Of a stretch of 64,000 nucleotides of DNA, positions 12,313 through 25,924 are shown one piece after another. The notes below the pieces were generated by a model that searched no databases, was not told where the DNA came from, and saw nothing but the letters and a program-made list of their open reading frames with translations. The stretch covers positions 5,642,001 through 5,706,000 of the forward strand of contig CM060732.1 of NCBI GenBank assembly GCA_030704615.1. Direction: 5' to 3'. The stretch comes from Takakia lepidozioides (lineage: Eukaryota > Plantae > Bryophyta). How positions within the stretch are numbered: the first letter of the stretch is position 1; every line of letters begins with the position of its first letter. The position numbers were made by a program, and so were the translations under genes.

Positions 12313-12996
12313 GACTGCCTACTTGCATCTTTACAGCCCCCAGCCCTTCCCACTCTACCCTGGGTGACCAAGGCGATACAGACTGCACTTCACACACACA
12401 TGCTTGGCTAGTCTGCTTGCATTGGAGCTCTCTCTCACAAGTCGATCTCTCCACAGACCTTGACGCCCAAATTCATGCGCAGATTCATGATCCCATCTCG
12501 CCAAACGAAAACTTCCCTCGTCTGTTTGAATCATACTCCGACAAGTGTCAACGAGCGTGTCACACCCGACAGTGAGAGTGGAAGGCAGTGTCAAGCTTTC
12601 TGTAGTGCTAGAAGCGCTTGGAATTTGGCTTACAATAGTGCTCTAGGACACCTCGGGTCATGACTGCAATGGGTTTCCCCTTCATTTCACCTCTCAGATC
12701 GTGGCATATGACAATGCAGAGTGGGAGTCATGTAGAGTTCAAAAATGCACAGAGGGTTTTATATCTCCAGAAAATCGAAAGATCTCACTTACCATATAAA
12801 AGAGGCTAAGAGAAATCATATGGAAGAATGGCTGGCTCATCTTTTTTTAGACTTTTGAAAATTACCAGGGCACAATTTGAAAAAGAAACCGGTAACTCAC
12901 CGGCAGTTCCCGGTGGCCGTCTCTTCAGGACTTCTTCACTGTGGTAGCTAGAAGAAGCGATTGATTAGGGAGGAAGAGAAGAGAAACAACACAATT

Positions 12997-13310
12997 GAAT
13001 GTTATCCCAAGGTGTGGTGGATGGTGTGTAGTTGATGACGCAGTATATCGGTTTCATGTTGGAGGAAGGGATTGAGAGTGGAATCGAAGTGATGGAAGAG
13101 AAGAGAAGCAACAGAACTGAATGTTCTCTCTCCCAAGGTGTGGTGGATGAGGTGTAGTTGAGGACGCAGTATATCGGTTTTATGTTGGAGGAAGAGATTG
13201 CGAGTAGGAATTGAAGTGATGGAGGAGAAGAGAAGCAACAGAAGTGAATGTTATCTCTCCCAAGGTGTGGTGGATGGGGTGTAGTGGAGGAGACAGTGTA
13301 TCGGTTTTGT
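12997..13310. repeat. ~125-bp tandem repeat, 2.5 copies, upstream of LIP2
   Basis: Units start GAATGTT..CCCAAGGTGTGGTGGATG at ~12997, ~13119 and ~13247. Confidence 0.85.
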
Positions 13311-13399
13311 GTGTGAGGGTGATAAGGAGAGTGCGGGTGTGAAGAATGTTGTGTTGGAGGTAGGGGATGTAGGACGTGAGGCGGAGAAGAGAGAAAGTG

Positions 13400-14143
13400 A
13401 TGACAGTGGGAAGGAGGTTAGAGGTGTGGAGGATGGGGATCGTACGCTATGCAGAGGCGCTGGCCCTGCAGAATGAGCTGGTGGCACAGCGCCGTGCGGG
13501 GGATATCTGTGACACCGTGTTGTCATTGCAGCACCCCCCAACATTCACCGTGGGAAAGCGGCGCACTCTCCACAACCTTCTCTCCTCTGCTGACACTCTT
13601 CAGAGCCTGGGAGCTGAGGTCCATCATGCTGAAAGGGGTGGCGACATCACGTTCCATGGACCCCGGCAGGCAATTCTGTATCCCATAATATCGTTGAGAG
13701 ATCTAGGGCTGGGGGCCCGCAAGTATGTTGAAGGCCTGGAGGACACCATGATCAGAGTAGCTGGTCTGTACGGGGTGAATGCCAAAGGAAGAATGGAGAA
13801 ACAAACGGGAGTGTGGGTCCATGACCGCAAGATCGGTGCCATTGGGGTGAGGATCTCGTCTGGCGGCATTACCTCGCACGGCCTCGCCTTCAACATAGAT
13901 CCTGATCTAAGCTTCTTCTCACACATTGTGCCATGTGGAATCGCAGACAAGGAGGTGACTGCTCTGATCAGAGAAAGCTCTTCAGTGGTGCTCAAGGAAG
14001 AGGAGGTGACTGAGCAGCTAATTCAGAGCCTTGCAGAAGTGTTTGGGTTTCAAGCATTCAAGCGGGCCTCTGAAGCCCTCAGCCATGTGAACAGCCAAGA
14101 TAATAGGGATGACAACAAGTGTAAAGCTGAGCACTGTTCTTGA
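13400..14143 (+). CDS. LIP2: Octanoyltransferase LipB/LIP2 (mitochondrial type), intronless
   Basis: ATG at 13400; LEVWRMG..LSLQHPPTFTVGKR, RGGDITFHGP, RKIGAIG, HGLAFN, IVPCG motifs. Confidence 0.93.
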   Translation: MTVGRRLEVWRMGIVRYAEALALQNELVAQRRAGDICDTVLSLQHPPTFTVGKRRTLHNLLSSADTLQSLGAEVHHAERGGDITFHGPRQAILYPIISLRDLGLGARKYVEGLEDTMIRVAGLYGVNAKGRMEKQTGVWVHDRKIGAIGVRISSGGITSHGLAFNIDPDLSFFSHIVPCGIADKEVTALIRESSSVVLKEEEVTEQLIQSLAEVFGFQAFKRASEALSHVNSQDNRDDNKCKAEHCS

Positions 14144-15183
14144 TGCAGCTTGCAGCTGTCACCCAACATTCACCCAGCAAAGTCTGTCCATACTGCGGTT
14201 GGAACACTGATCATTGAAGACTTGTTAGTGAGAAAGGTACTCATGTACATCTATTTCAAATGGCTTGCTAAAGCTCTCGGATTCTACCCTGCCATTTTGT
14301 GCTGAGCAGCTTTTCCATGCACCGGCTTTGGGCAAAGCCAATGTTGAAGCACAATGCAAAAACTATTCATGGTGTTTTGAGGGCACACAAGGCCAAGGGC
14401 TTCTTTGAAGTCCATGATATATGCTGTACGTCAATCTGGTCTACACTCCAACTGGCCTGAAGCTGGCAGAATCTGACATGTTGATAGAGACGGGAGTATC
14501 TTTCGGAGATCTAAAAGATAATACAACATTTGCATGTTTCTAACAAGAAGAAGCATGACTTGAGAGAGTAAATGATTTGCAAAATGCAGGTTGTGCGGCT
14601 AATTGACCTCAACAGGTGACTTAATGTTCACTGTGAAGAGCACCTATGAAGACAAATTAGCCACTCGACCTGCAAGAAAATGCCAGCTTCCCGTAGCCTG
14701 GTTTTTTGTTTCATTCTCACCAGACTGATTCTGCACCACCCAGGCAGGTATAAGTCTCATAGACATGAAAGTCCTGATGTGTAAAACCCAACATGTAAAC
14801 CCCTCAGGTATGCACTGCATGTCACATGGAAGCACTAGCTGAAGGAGCTACACAAAATGCGGTGAATTGTTGCACAGTTGATCCTTCCTTCTCTCTCATC
14901 TGCATTTTAGGGTAGCTCTGCACATCAATTGATAAAATTACTTGAGGTACTCTGAGGGACCCAAATCAACTTCAGTTGAGTGTCACTACAGAAGTTAGTA
15001 GTTAGTAGTTCAGCACTTCCCCTTGTCACCCCATTGCAAGAGTGGAACCTTGGTCACGTCAACACAGGTTCTGCTGCAGTTTGTATTTTGTCTTCAGCTC
15101 GGTTGTGAGTTCAGATATTAGATGTGAGAATCTTGTTGAAATAACGATTCATTCTGACAGGTAGGCAGCTCAAAAGAGGTCTG

Positions 15184-18100
15184 TTATGTATGGAGGCCCT
15201 TAAGAAGACTCTCATACTTGCTCAATAAGATTCTTGTGATTTCAAGAGCATCACCCTTTGGATGAACAGGATATATGTCACTGGCAACCTGCCACTGATT
15301 AGTCAGTTCAATCCATTCTTGTCTCCAAACATCAAATGCAAAAGGTGTATGGTTGTAGAGTGCTTGCTGCAGATGGTGAATATACAGTGAAGCTCGAGGT
15401 AGATAATAATCACGCACCAGGCCACTCCACATCTTGTTGGCTGCACATAGATCCTCAAAAATGAGTACAACTAAGTCCACTCTAGAAGGTTGTGTATGTA
15501 GGTGATAATTATACCTCTTATGACCCTGTCAACTTGAGAAGGGTGAAATGAGTTTGGGGTTATCACTTGTCATACCATGGAATAACCACCAGTTTCATAC
15601 TTCCCTCTGTTAGCAATACAAATGGGCAGGATCCAGAATCTAGTAAGAGTACTAAAGGAAGAGGACTTCAAATGCCTATGCAGCCTTAAGGATGTGTAGT
15701 CTAAACACAACAGGCAAAACCGTCTACTTTACTTGATGGTCTCATGTTGATATCAATGCAGCACAGAAGCCTTTCAAAACTACCAGACACTGTGTTTGAC
15801 ATACTTCACATACCATAGTCATGGAGTGGGTTTGGCTTGAAGGGAGTGTTGTCGAACCACATTGTGATTTGTGTCCTTGCATTCCATTCATACTGCCACG
15901 CAAGAAGCCAAGAGAACATTTAACATTAGAGCTGCAGTTCGTCACCAGCCTTCATGCATGCAAGTTTGCCTTCTGTCTTGTTTTACTGTATGAAGTCAGT
16001 GGCAAACTCACAAGTGTCCTTTCTGCTTTGGTGGTTGAAAGGGACTTGGCACTTTCTATCCATGGCCCGAGCAGGAACTCTTCACTAGAGCCAAGTAGAA
16101 GATCCAGATCAGACAACAACTCCAGAAAGCAATGGCTCAGCTTGTCCAGTTTGGCAACTTTGTTCAGCTGAAAAGCTGCGAGTATTTGAGAATAGAGCTC
16201 GTTTGCTAGCTTGGAGAGCACCTGCCTTGTAAGATCCACCACGTCATATCTGCCAGCCATTGACAACCACTACCGGCACTTAGCCCTTCAGTCTACTGAT
16301 CTCAAAGGTTAATCTCTCAAGAATTGAAAAGAGATGGAGAGAGAAACCTGTAAGGGGCGTTGCCACTCAACGCATCAGCTGAAGAAAGGAGAAACTGCAG
16401 TGCTTGTGCAGCATCTGTGGAGGTATACCAAATATGAGGACTATGCCCTAGTAACTGTGGTCTTTGTGAAGAATTTGAGCGGGTCAGATGATTTGTCTCC
16501 CTCAGCAACTTATGCCTAAGGAATCCGGAGAATCCATACAACTCCACCAAAGAAGGCTTTTGATCTGGAAATTCAACAATCACATCTCCATTATGATCCT
16601 GCAAACAGAACAGACCATCAGAAAAGGAGAAGAACCCATAGGCCCTCAAAGCAAGGTCACAGAAAACTCAAGAACATGATGAATACCTTAACTGCCGATA
16701 GCGGTTTCAGCTGTCCAAGGACGTTAGAGTGTTTCCGAGAGAATGTGTGACTGATTTCAGGCCTCTAAGGGATTAAAAGTCAGAAATTACAGCAACTCCA
16801 TCTGAGCAGTTGTAAATGGTGCGATGTAATATCTTCCACGCTGCTTCTGCACCAGGTGCAGACTTCCCATATCGTCTTGCTGAATATTCCTTGATCCATT
16901 CCTGATCACACCAAAAATTTCATGGTTGGATGCCCTGTCTTTTGTGCCTAGGGGTATCAAACTCACCAATTCCCAAGCTTGAGAGGTTTAGCACCCCTGC
17001 CCTACTACTATCAATTTACTCCAACAGGTTATTGGAACCTTGTTTTCCTCACTATGTGCATTTGACCCTTCTTCCTTCTTTGTCTCTCAAAATTTTCCTA
17101 TAGCAAATCTGGAAGGCCAGAACCAGCTTCATATTTTGAGCAACCCCCAAAACTGCAGTAAACAGAAAATTTCCACAAGTGAAGTGGAGCCCTGCTGCAC
17201 TCCTCACATCCGCATGGCCCCACTTTCTGCTTCATCCAAACCAGACATCAGGTCTATGGCTGCAAAGCTATGGATGGCCAAGCAACATCTACTGAGTATG
17301 GTATCGTGATCTCTCTCTCTCTCTCACTAAGGCAGGAGAAAGAAAGGTTCTCTGACAAGGACCCTTTAAAGACATGCAGTAGAAGTGAAAAGAATTTGAT
17401 AGGTTCACCTCTACATGAACACTCTGGTTGCGGAACGCCATCTCAGCCATCAGGTCATATACAACCGGGTTTTGCTCAATGCCTTCCATACACATGCCAA
17501 CTCCAACCTGGCAGTCCGTGGACAAAATCTCCAAAATCACAATCTACCAACACTTATACGATATTAGAGAGTGTTCCCAAATATACATATGTCTTTGTGT
17601 GTATATATGTTCCTGAATTCTATGAGCCACAGATGGATCTGAAGTAACAACATCAAGACAGCCAACTTCCTTCTAAATCCCCTGGGGCTCTTTGTTCCCA
17701 GGTACATAAAAGACCAAACTTTTCCAAACATGCTGGCAGTGCAGTAAGGGCTAGGGGTCTTTCGGAGAAGGCTCTTGTGATTGGTCAAAGTAAGGAGGAT
17801 TGTATTCATTTTGTGAGGGGTGGGGATTTTGAATAGCAACAATTTGAGCAGGAAATACCATGGTTGAGTTTTGACTGGTGAAGGCGTCAATAGGTCCAGA
17901 ACCCACTTCATCAAGCCGCCCATACATCTCCACATTTCCACCAAAATTGTGCAGCATACACCTGCAGCTTAACCGTATTACCACTGCTTTCTTCCCAACA
18001 CAACACTATTTCTCAGGGTATTTGCAAGGGAGATACCCCACTCCATACTTTTAGTGAGTAGATAAGGAAAAAGTGGGCTGGAATGAATATGCTGGGAATC

Positions 18101-21100
18101 AGAGACAATAGCTTACCAGATGTAAGGAATCCCATAGAAGTGATTTGATCGTTGCCATACAGGCTTCACATCTGCGAATAGATCTAGAACCACCATCTTC
18201 CCCACTGGAACTGAATGCAACAATGCCTGCTTAGCCAGGAGATCACAATACCATGCCAGTCAGTGTGCTTCTAGTTCTTGGAATCCAGCAAGGAGGGATC
18301 CCACACTCTTACAGCAGAATGCAGTGAGCTTGAAATTTTAGACTAGGAATGTTTAAAGAATTACATGTTCTTCAAATATGATTAAGGACTTCTGAACGAC
18401 TTGCAATTACTCCGGCCGGCAACACACTCTGAAGGAGAGTATGTAACCACTCCTCTTAACACCAGAACAGAAAAACCAGCAACTGGCCCAGAATGAATGC
18501 AACACATTACACGCGCCACAGATGTCAGAGAAATCACAAAGGTTGCAAACCACCTATCTTGGCATCAGACCTGCATTTGGGGAGGCTTCCAAAACCAATC
18601 ATCTGATGCAAACAACCAACCCTGCACACACTCACAGTCATCAACAACATGCCTGTTTCAAGTCTACGGCAGTTCCTGATGAAGAGGGTAATCCTGATGT
18701 TCTGTCAGACAGCTCCCTCCCTCCCCTCCTCATACATGCTCAGGATGCAACTAACCATGACCACAAGAATAGATGCTGATGCCTGAGAGGACTTCATCTA
18801 GCTTTGGCAAGCATGTGGTTGCCTTGCATTCAATCTAGAGAGATTTAATGGGGAGGAAACTTGCCTGCATGAGCCAAATGGCAGCTTGGTCACCAGCACT
18901 CATTGCTTCAAATACAGCTGTGCCAAGAGCTGAGATGTAGAGTGGGTCATCAGTTGGTGGTATATTCTCGTTGAAGGTATCACTACATCAGAGAAGACAC
19001 TGTGAGGGTCCTCCCTGAGAATATACACAAGGCCTCAAGTCTGAGGTGCTGATTTGCACACATTCTAAATTATATCACCATATGTTGGACTGATACCTCG
19101 AGTCAAGATTATTTCGAGAGACACAAATACATTCTAATCACTGCGAGTAGCCAGGCTACACTTATTTGAATAAGGAACAGGAAGGGTGAAGACGGAGAGG
19201 ACAGTTCATCGGCTCAGAGACAGGTAAGGGGAAGAAAGAGGAGTCAGGAGTAGAGGTGAAGCCCACCAGTTATAGATATGTTGTGTTCCACCATATTCTG
19301 CAGACCACAAGGTGGGTCAGAAGTACATTATATGCATTAAACACACCGCTAGGTGAAATATGACCGTTTGCAGATAATTGACAATACTGAAGACTCTCCC
19401 CAGATGCAACTTACTGTGGATGACAAAATCTTGTTCAAGTTCACAAAAAATCTAAACATTTTCCAATGTAGTGTTTGTAAATTCCTGGATGTAGAACTGC
19501 ACCTTTGATCTGCTGCAGCACGAAGGCCTTTCCAATTTCCACAAAAAGTGGGTCTGTAGGATCCAAAAGGAATGTACAGCACCACCTCGGGTCACCATCC
19601 ACTGTATTCCTGGTCATTGCACTCTCAATTCAGCCTCAGATACTTCACTCATCAACCCAGCTCACCTTCAACTTGTTTTCAACTCGTATTTTGGACTCTT
19701 ATCCTGTCTCCCACCCTCCTATTAATACAAGGAGAGTGAGAGGTTACAACAGCAACACATTAAAGTGAGAGCAACAAGGTGGAAAACACAAGAGTGATGT
19801 ATCATAAGCTCTGAATATTGACCTGTCTGTGACCGACTTGCCACTTTTGGGCAAGATTATGCACATATTCCAAACATGCAAAAAGAAGACTTTCATGAAC
19901 CACCAGGGCAGGATAATATTCTAAGTTGCAACTTGAGTAGTATCCAAAGCAGATTGTGAAGAAACCCAAACACGGGGCAAGATCAAACCATTCGCCTAGC
20001 TGAGTAATTTTCGCTCTGGGGTTTACTCTGGATATGGCAGCCGGAATATTTCCAGAGAAGGCAGGTAACACTGCAGTAAGCATGTACACAGTCAAAACGC
20101 TCACAATCCTCCAAGATTGATTTTTTCAAACTACGTCTGCACCTCAGGTTCATTGACTCTTGTTCAAACTTGCTCAGCAATCAAAGGATTTCATATGAGA
20201 CAACTCAACTCTACCTAAAAATACAGGAATGTGGTAGTGGGAAGAAAGCAAGTCAGAGAGAGAAAGATTCAAGCCCTAATTCCAAAGACATCGTTTAACT
20301 ACGGTCCACCAGGTCAAACAGTAGGAGATCTGCACAGCCTACCAGGAGTCATGCCAAGGTCACGCATGCGATTAAGAATCTGGATTTGCAACTGCAGCTG
20401 CTGGTCCAGCCACGACTGAGGCAATGGTCCTCCCCACCTGCAACAATGCTGTATCTGTCAAACTTTCTACTTTTCTGAGCAGACCCACTGCATAGTACCA
20501 AGCTGAAATTCGGAGTTGATTGACTACAAAGATGTGATGGAGTGACAGACAGCAGTGCATGTTACCTGTGAAGATTCCCCATTCTAGCCCAGGCCAGAAA
20601 AGATGGTCCACCAAAGTAGTCATCGAGATCAGCCTTGGTTAAGTTGAAGGCCTCACTCTGTCAACAAATTCTGCACTCTTCAGTTCATCAGTGGCTAAAG
20701 GTGTTAAATCTAAAGTCTAGTTGAATTGAAGTTCCTCCCTTTCTTCCCTCCATAATGTCTATGTTTAATGCATCTCCCTCTAGGCACAGTGCCTTTCAGT
20801 GCAATCACAGCCACAAGCCCAAGCGATATGGCAATTCTGCCTCGGTTTTCATACCCTGGGTCAAAACCCACAGCTGGCGACGAACGGGTTGACATCCCAC
20901 AGAGACTATGCCCAGAATAGCCAACATCGGCATTGTACAGTCAAGGAGTACATTCTCTCTCTCAGCAAGGACTTTATGAAGCATGAATGAGATCCTAGCA
21001 AATCTGCTCTTCGTCACAATCTCTGAAGGGCCTCAAGGACTACCCAAATGACCCTACTACACTGGGCACTTTGAACTGAGAGTAGGTTCTCCACCTCTTT

Positions 21101-24100
21101 ACATTGCAGTAATCCAGCTAGGAAAAGGGGAACCTATAAGTCTAGGCGAGGTCCTGTTTGAAAGCACCTGAATCTGTCGGTTCAGTTTGAGAAGCTTAAG
21201 ACTATGTCAAAAGGAGTGGCTCTCCTTGGGTCAGAATGTGGGGGTGAATATTGGTGCCAAAAAATTGAGGACAACAGCTTTGCTGAGAAAAATCAGCAGG
21301 CCAGAATCATCTTCATCCCTTCTTGCCTGTCCCAAACTGGAGTGCGCCTCTGCAATATGGAGGGCTCCCTCCTAACCTTCTGTCTCCTCTACCACCCTTG
21401 TCTGCTACCTCAGCACCAGGTATGAGGTGTATGGCCACCAACCAAAGTAAAGGAGCCATCTGTATCACTCTCTCCCAATACACAATTGGAGCTATGGCAC
21501 AAAGTGCTAGCCTAGAAGTGGTTGCCAGGTGATATCAGCCTTGAAGACCCGCTAGATGACAACCTTACTCCCTCCTCTATGAAGTCAGTACTGACAATGG
21601 GGTCTACAGTTCAAATCTTAGACATGCCCTCACTCTGCAAGGATCAAGACCCAAGTGGGATGAGTTCATGTCTCCAGAAGCCTGAGCTTCGCTGATCTTT
21701 GAGCAAGGTCAATCTAGAGGGCTACAAACAGGATGCAAGTGGCTAACTGTAGAGCCATAGCAATCTAGCAGTCATGAAATTCTAGGAACAAAGGATCTGC
21801 ATGAATCACGTATTCATGTTAAGAAATGTTGTGGGGTAGGTGAATTTTTATGACACCTGAAAAACTTTCTGCCAGATAGCCTCTTGGCCTGTAAAAGCAA
21901 GTGGCAAGTTGATGCCTTGCAATGCCATCCAGTCAATCTCCTTCTCCCATCGTTCCCAATTCCACCACACATAGGAATCTGCAAAGACGACACCATTCTC
22001 CTGAGTGCTTTAAGACTTGCCTACCTTCGAAACTCCCTTGACACAAACATATCTTTCTTCCTCTCTTTTTCATTATCTGTGACAGTAGCAGTTCTGGAAA
22101 CAGCATAGTTCTCTGTAGTATGCTGTCATAGCACCACTTAAAATCAAGCCAACGCAAGTTCCATGGCCACATCAGGCTGAATTTCCCTCCCTGGTGGACG
22201 AAATCGCACCGAGTGGTTCCAGAAGGGTTCAAAACTTCTGGGAGATCGTCATCTTCTGTCAATCAAGAAAGCTTTTCAAGTAATTTTAGACGGGGCAGTT
22301 GTTCCAACTAAATTGTGTCAGTGTTACAAGGACTGCGGCACGACTGTGCCAGGGAACAGAAACAGGACCAATCCACAGACATCCATGTGTAAGGAAACCA
22401 GTGCAGCCATGAGATTATGCAACCCTCGAAAGTGAGAAGTTCTGCTGGTCTCTGTTTTCCAAATTGATTCAAACAGAAGTCTATCTCAGGAAGGCATAGA
22501 GGAATCAGCAAACTAGGAAATTTTCACATACAGCTGGAAGTGACAACATTCTGATAGTAGTTCCACTCCACAGCTCGCAGTATTGTCACCCCATCATCTT
22601 GTACATGTGGCAGAGCCCCCGGATTAGGAACAGTAAGAAGTTGCACCCCTCCAGTCTTGTCCCAAGACACATGGGCCCCACACCAGTACTTTAGGTACCA
22701 GTGTAAGCCTGCACATAGCTCCACACCTGTTGTTCCCAAGATACTGCCACCACTCTTAAGCTTTAAAAGACATCATTGTAGGATGATACATAAGCAAAAC
22801 TTTTAAGTGGAAGGATCAGCTCACTACGGAAAACCAGCCCCACGGCTTTGATTGAGGATTGTTTGGGATTGAGGACAACACTGTATTCTAGTGTTACCCT
22901 GAATTACCAAACCTTCCATACATTGATAAATTCTTCAGGAGGCCATGTGCTGTAGGCTTTTACAAGTTTGAAGAGCACTGATGTTCAAGTTTGTTCATGT
23001 TGGCAAGCTCAAGCTGCCCGAAAGGGAAACCTTGTCGAAAAGTGTGAAGAGGATATCAGATAATTGAAGCACACGGATCCAGCTAGCTGAGCACACGGAT
23101 GTCACCGATAGGAATAGACCTTATTTCTGGTGCTCCCACTTGCTTCTCTGAAGAAGGATAATTTTTAAGTTGGAAGCATGCCTTTCCGCTGCACTCCTCC
23201 TGTTTTCCAAGCACTAGTGTTAATACTGAATTTGTAGGCTCCTTGTCACTTCACAGGTAGACTTAATGTTGAGAAGTAAGACTGAGAAGTAAGACTAAAG
23301 AAAAACCTCTAATGTGCAGCATATGTAACTCAGTTGTAATGTATGAGATTACCAGATGACATCAACATAGAAGCATATGTTGGGTGCCATCCAACTGAGA
23401 CATCAGCAATGAGTCCAAGCACCAGTGATAAATGTGTGGAATTGTATAGATTGGTAGGTGCATGAGCAGAATGCACTATTTTTTTGTCAAGTGGATCTCT
23501 TTAGAGATACCGAGTTCATGGATATTTCAACACGTAAGCAGCACAGTCTACTTTGTTGTTACACGTCGAAGATCAAGGATGTAGGCACTAGGGACGTTGT
23601 AGGTACGGCAGCTTGAAGCACAGTAGACAATATTGATGGCAAATTCCCTGGAATTCGCAGCGTTTGCAGATTTTCATCGTTACTGACCCTGAGATGTTGA
23701 GGGATAAAGTACTGTTGCCGCTGGCATGACATAATAATAAGCGAAAATTACATCGAAACCAAAAGAGCGATTCGGCTTGTAAATTGGAACTGAAGGATGC
23801 ATACGCAGCTTTAGCACGGAATTACTTCTCCATCCTTCGAAATGTAACAGACAAAACTCGCGGTATTTTGCAGCTTTTCGAAAATGCAAATGAAGATAAT
23901 CTCTCTGAAAATGAAGTATACAGAAAAGGAAAAACAAACAGAAAATTCCGACCTTAGATACAATGCGGAGCTCAAAACTGGAAGAATGGACGGGAAGAAG
24001 TCTTGTCAGCACGGACCGTGCTGCACTCTCCTGTACGGAGGCCGGTTTCCTCTCCAATTCCGTTCTCTTCCAAAACGACTCATACTCCGGCATCCGCACA

Positions 24101-24159
24101 GTTCCACAAGACACCACGCAAACGAGAGCGAAGAGGACGCAGACGAGCAGTCCCTCCAT
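15184..24159 (-). CDS. NAGLU: Alpha-N-acetylglucosaminidase (GH89), multi-exon
   Basis: Signal-peptide exon 24159-23953; exons encode [100 protein letters not shown]; stop at 15184-15186. Confidence 0.95.
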
Positions 24160-25924
24160 CGTCGTCGTCTTCTTCCTCCCTCCTCCCTCCTCTCGCTAGT
24201 GCTGCACAAGAAGAAAGAATGGATGTGGATGAAACTTAGGATTGAGTATACAATACACTCATCCAAACTGCTCGCCGTGAAGTGAGGCTAACTTCACAGA
24301 CACAATTCCGACGAGGGAGCGTTAATAGTGTGCGACACCACATTGGTGGTTGGTGCATGTGCGTAGGGGCAATGATTATGGGATACATACTTAGCGAGCC
24401 TTGGAGGACATGCTAGCCGAATGATTTCGAGGAATTTCCGAGTGATAATTGAAACCTTAAGAAATTTATCGAAGCAGTTTACACAGGAAATTGACGATTG
24501 TAGTTACCACTATGTACTAGATAATGGCCACCGGGCAGACCCGGCGAGCGGCGGGGCCGCGAGCAGGGTCAACCGGTGGCCATTATCGAACGTAATTGGA
24601 AAGGGGGAGTATTACTCGGGCTGCTAACCCCAGATGTCGCTATCAGAGCTACGATAGCCAAAAAAAAACACTTGCCACGTGGTGCAATGTGGCAAACTCC
24701 CTTGACAAGTGAAGGGCCAAACCCTGTGAAACCTTGGGTGGAAGCTGTAATACGACCCCATGTCCAATTACGTAAGGGGAAGCAACGAAGCAACCGACTC
24801 CCCCCACCCCCCTTAGCGGGTTGGTTCTCAGATCAGTGGCTGGTTCAACTCAAACTATTTCCCAGATTTATCCCGAAGGCAGGTGAAAAGGGCATTGTGC
24901 ACATCTTCTGGACGAGAAAAATTAGAGGAGAGTCGGTAGTGCGCCCGTGACTGTCCCCCGCACGCCATCGCCTTGCTCCTCTCTTCTGCCTTCGCTCGCT
25001 CCGCTCACGGTGTGCGCGGGATGCTCGATTGGGATTGTCATGGCTTTGCTTTGATCGTCGCCTTGAATTGGTCTGTCCACAGAAGCGGGAAGAGCAGGGG
25101 TGTTGGTTTCCCTGGCGTTGCAGGTGTGTTGCGGAAGGATGCGGTGGCTTGAAGGTGGTCCGGCCTGTTGGTAATCGGTTTAGGTCACAAAATGTAAGTA
25201 GCATGCCTGGCGGTGTCAGTCGTGTCGAACGCAACGTGTTGATCTGCGTCTCTCAGCTCCTCACACGGGCCTTGAGTAATAAGGCTCGCTGTTCGGCCTG
25301 GGGAGGAACCAAGCTCCCCCCGTCAAGCAAGGGTTTTCTCTTTGCGATATGCGAAAGTCGTGATGTTTGTGACTGAAGTGTCACCGCAAAAGGAATTCTT
25401 CAGTGATGCATATCTGGCTATCTGGAACCCCACAAACGAAGTGTATTTCGGTAGGGACACGAAATTGAAGAGGGCCTGGTTGCAATCGTGACGTTGGAAT
25501 GTCCTTCGCTCATTACAGACCATCAGCTAGAGTTTTTGGAGTAGTATGTAGAACTCAGGGTGGGAAAAATTTCGACTTGCAGGAGTTGTAGCAGTTCTGG
25601 TTTAGTTGACATGCTGAGAGAAAATTTGGGCGATGCAGTCAATTGGGTTATGTGATCACTGTCATCGCAAGAAGGAATTTATCGATTGGAACATTATTCC
25701 AGAAGTTCATCCATCGGTGAGGTTTAGGGAACACTCAATGGGTTCGGTTTAGGTAAGAGAGCAAGCACAGCATGGACATGGTTTCCAAAATTAGGAAGGA
25801 CTTCATGGATGTGGCTTCGGTGAGGGTAAGAGAGCAAGCAAATCAAGTCCTCCAGAAGGGTATATGACGTCTAAATTCTTATGTTGGCCTTGCAGAAGGT
25901 GCGTAGTTGCAACGCATAACCATC
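24160..25924. promoter_or_regulatory. Divergent promoter and 5'UTR region between NAGLU and ABCD1; G-box at 24676-24681
   Basis: Head-to-head genes; GCCACGTGG core; CT-rich leader at ~24960-25010 and probable 5'UTR intron donor GTAAGT at ~25194. Confidence 0.5.

Noticed and set aside
8365-13310. Tandem arrays as CRISPR-like
   Set aside because: Whole units repeat with no unique spacers; eukaryotic context.
21000-21600. Possible LINE remnant in a NAGLU intron
   Set aside because: Only vague Trp-rich pattern; no diagnostic motif.
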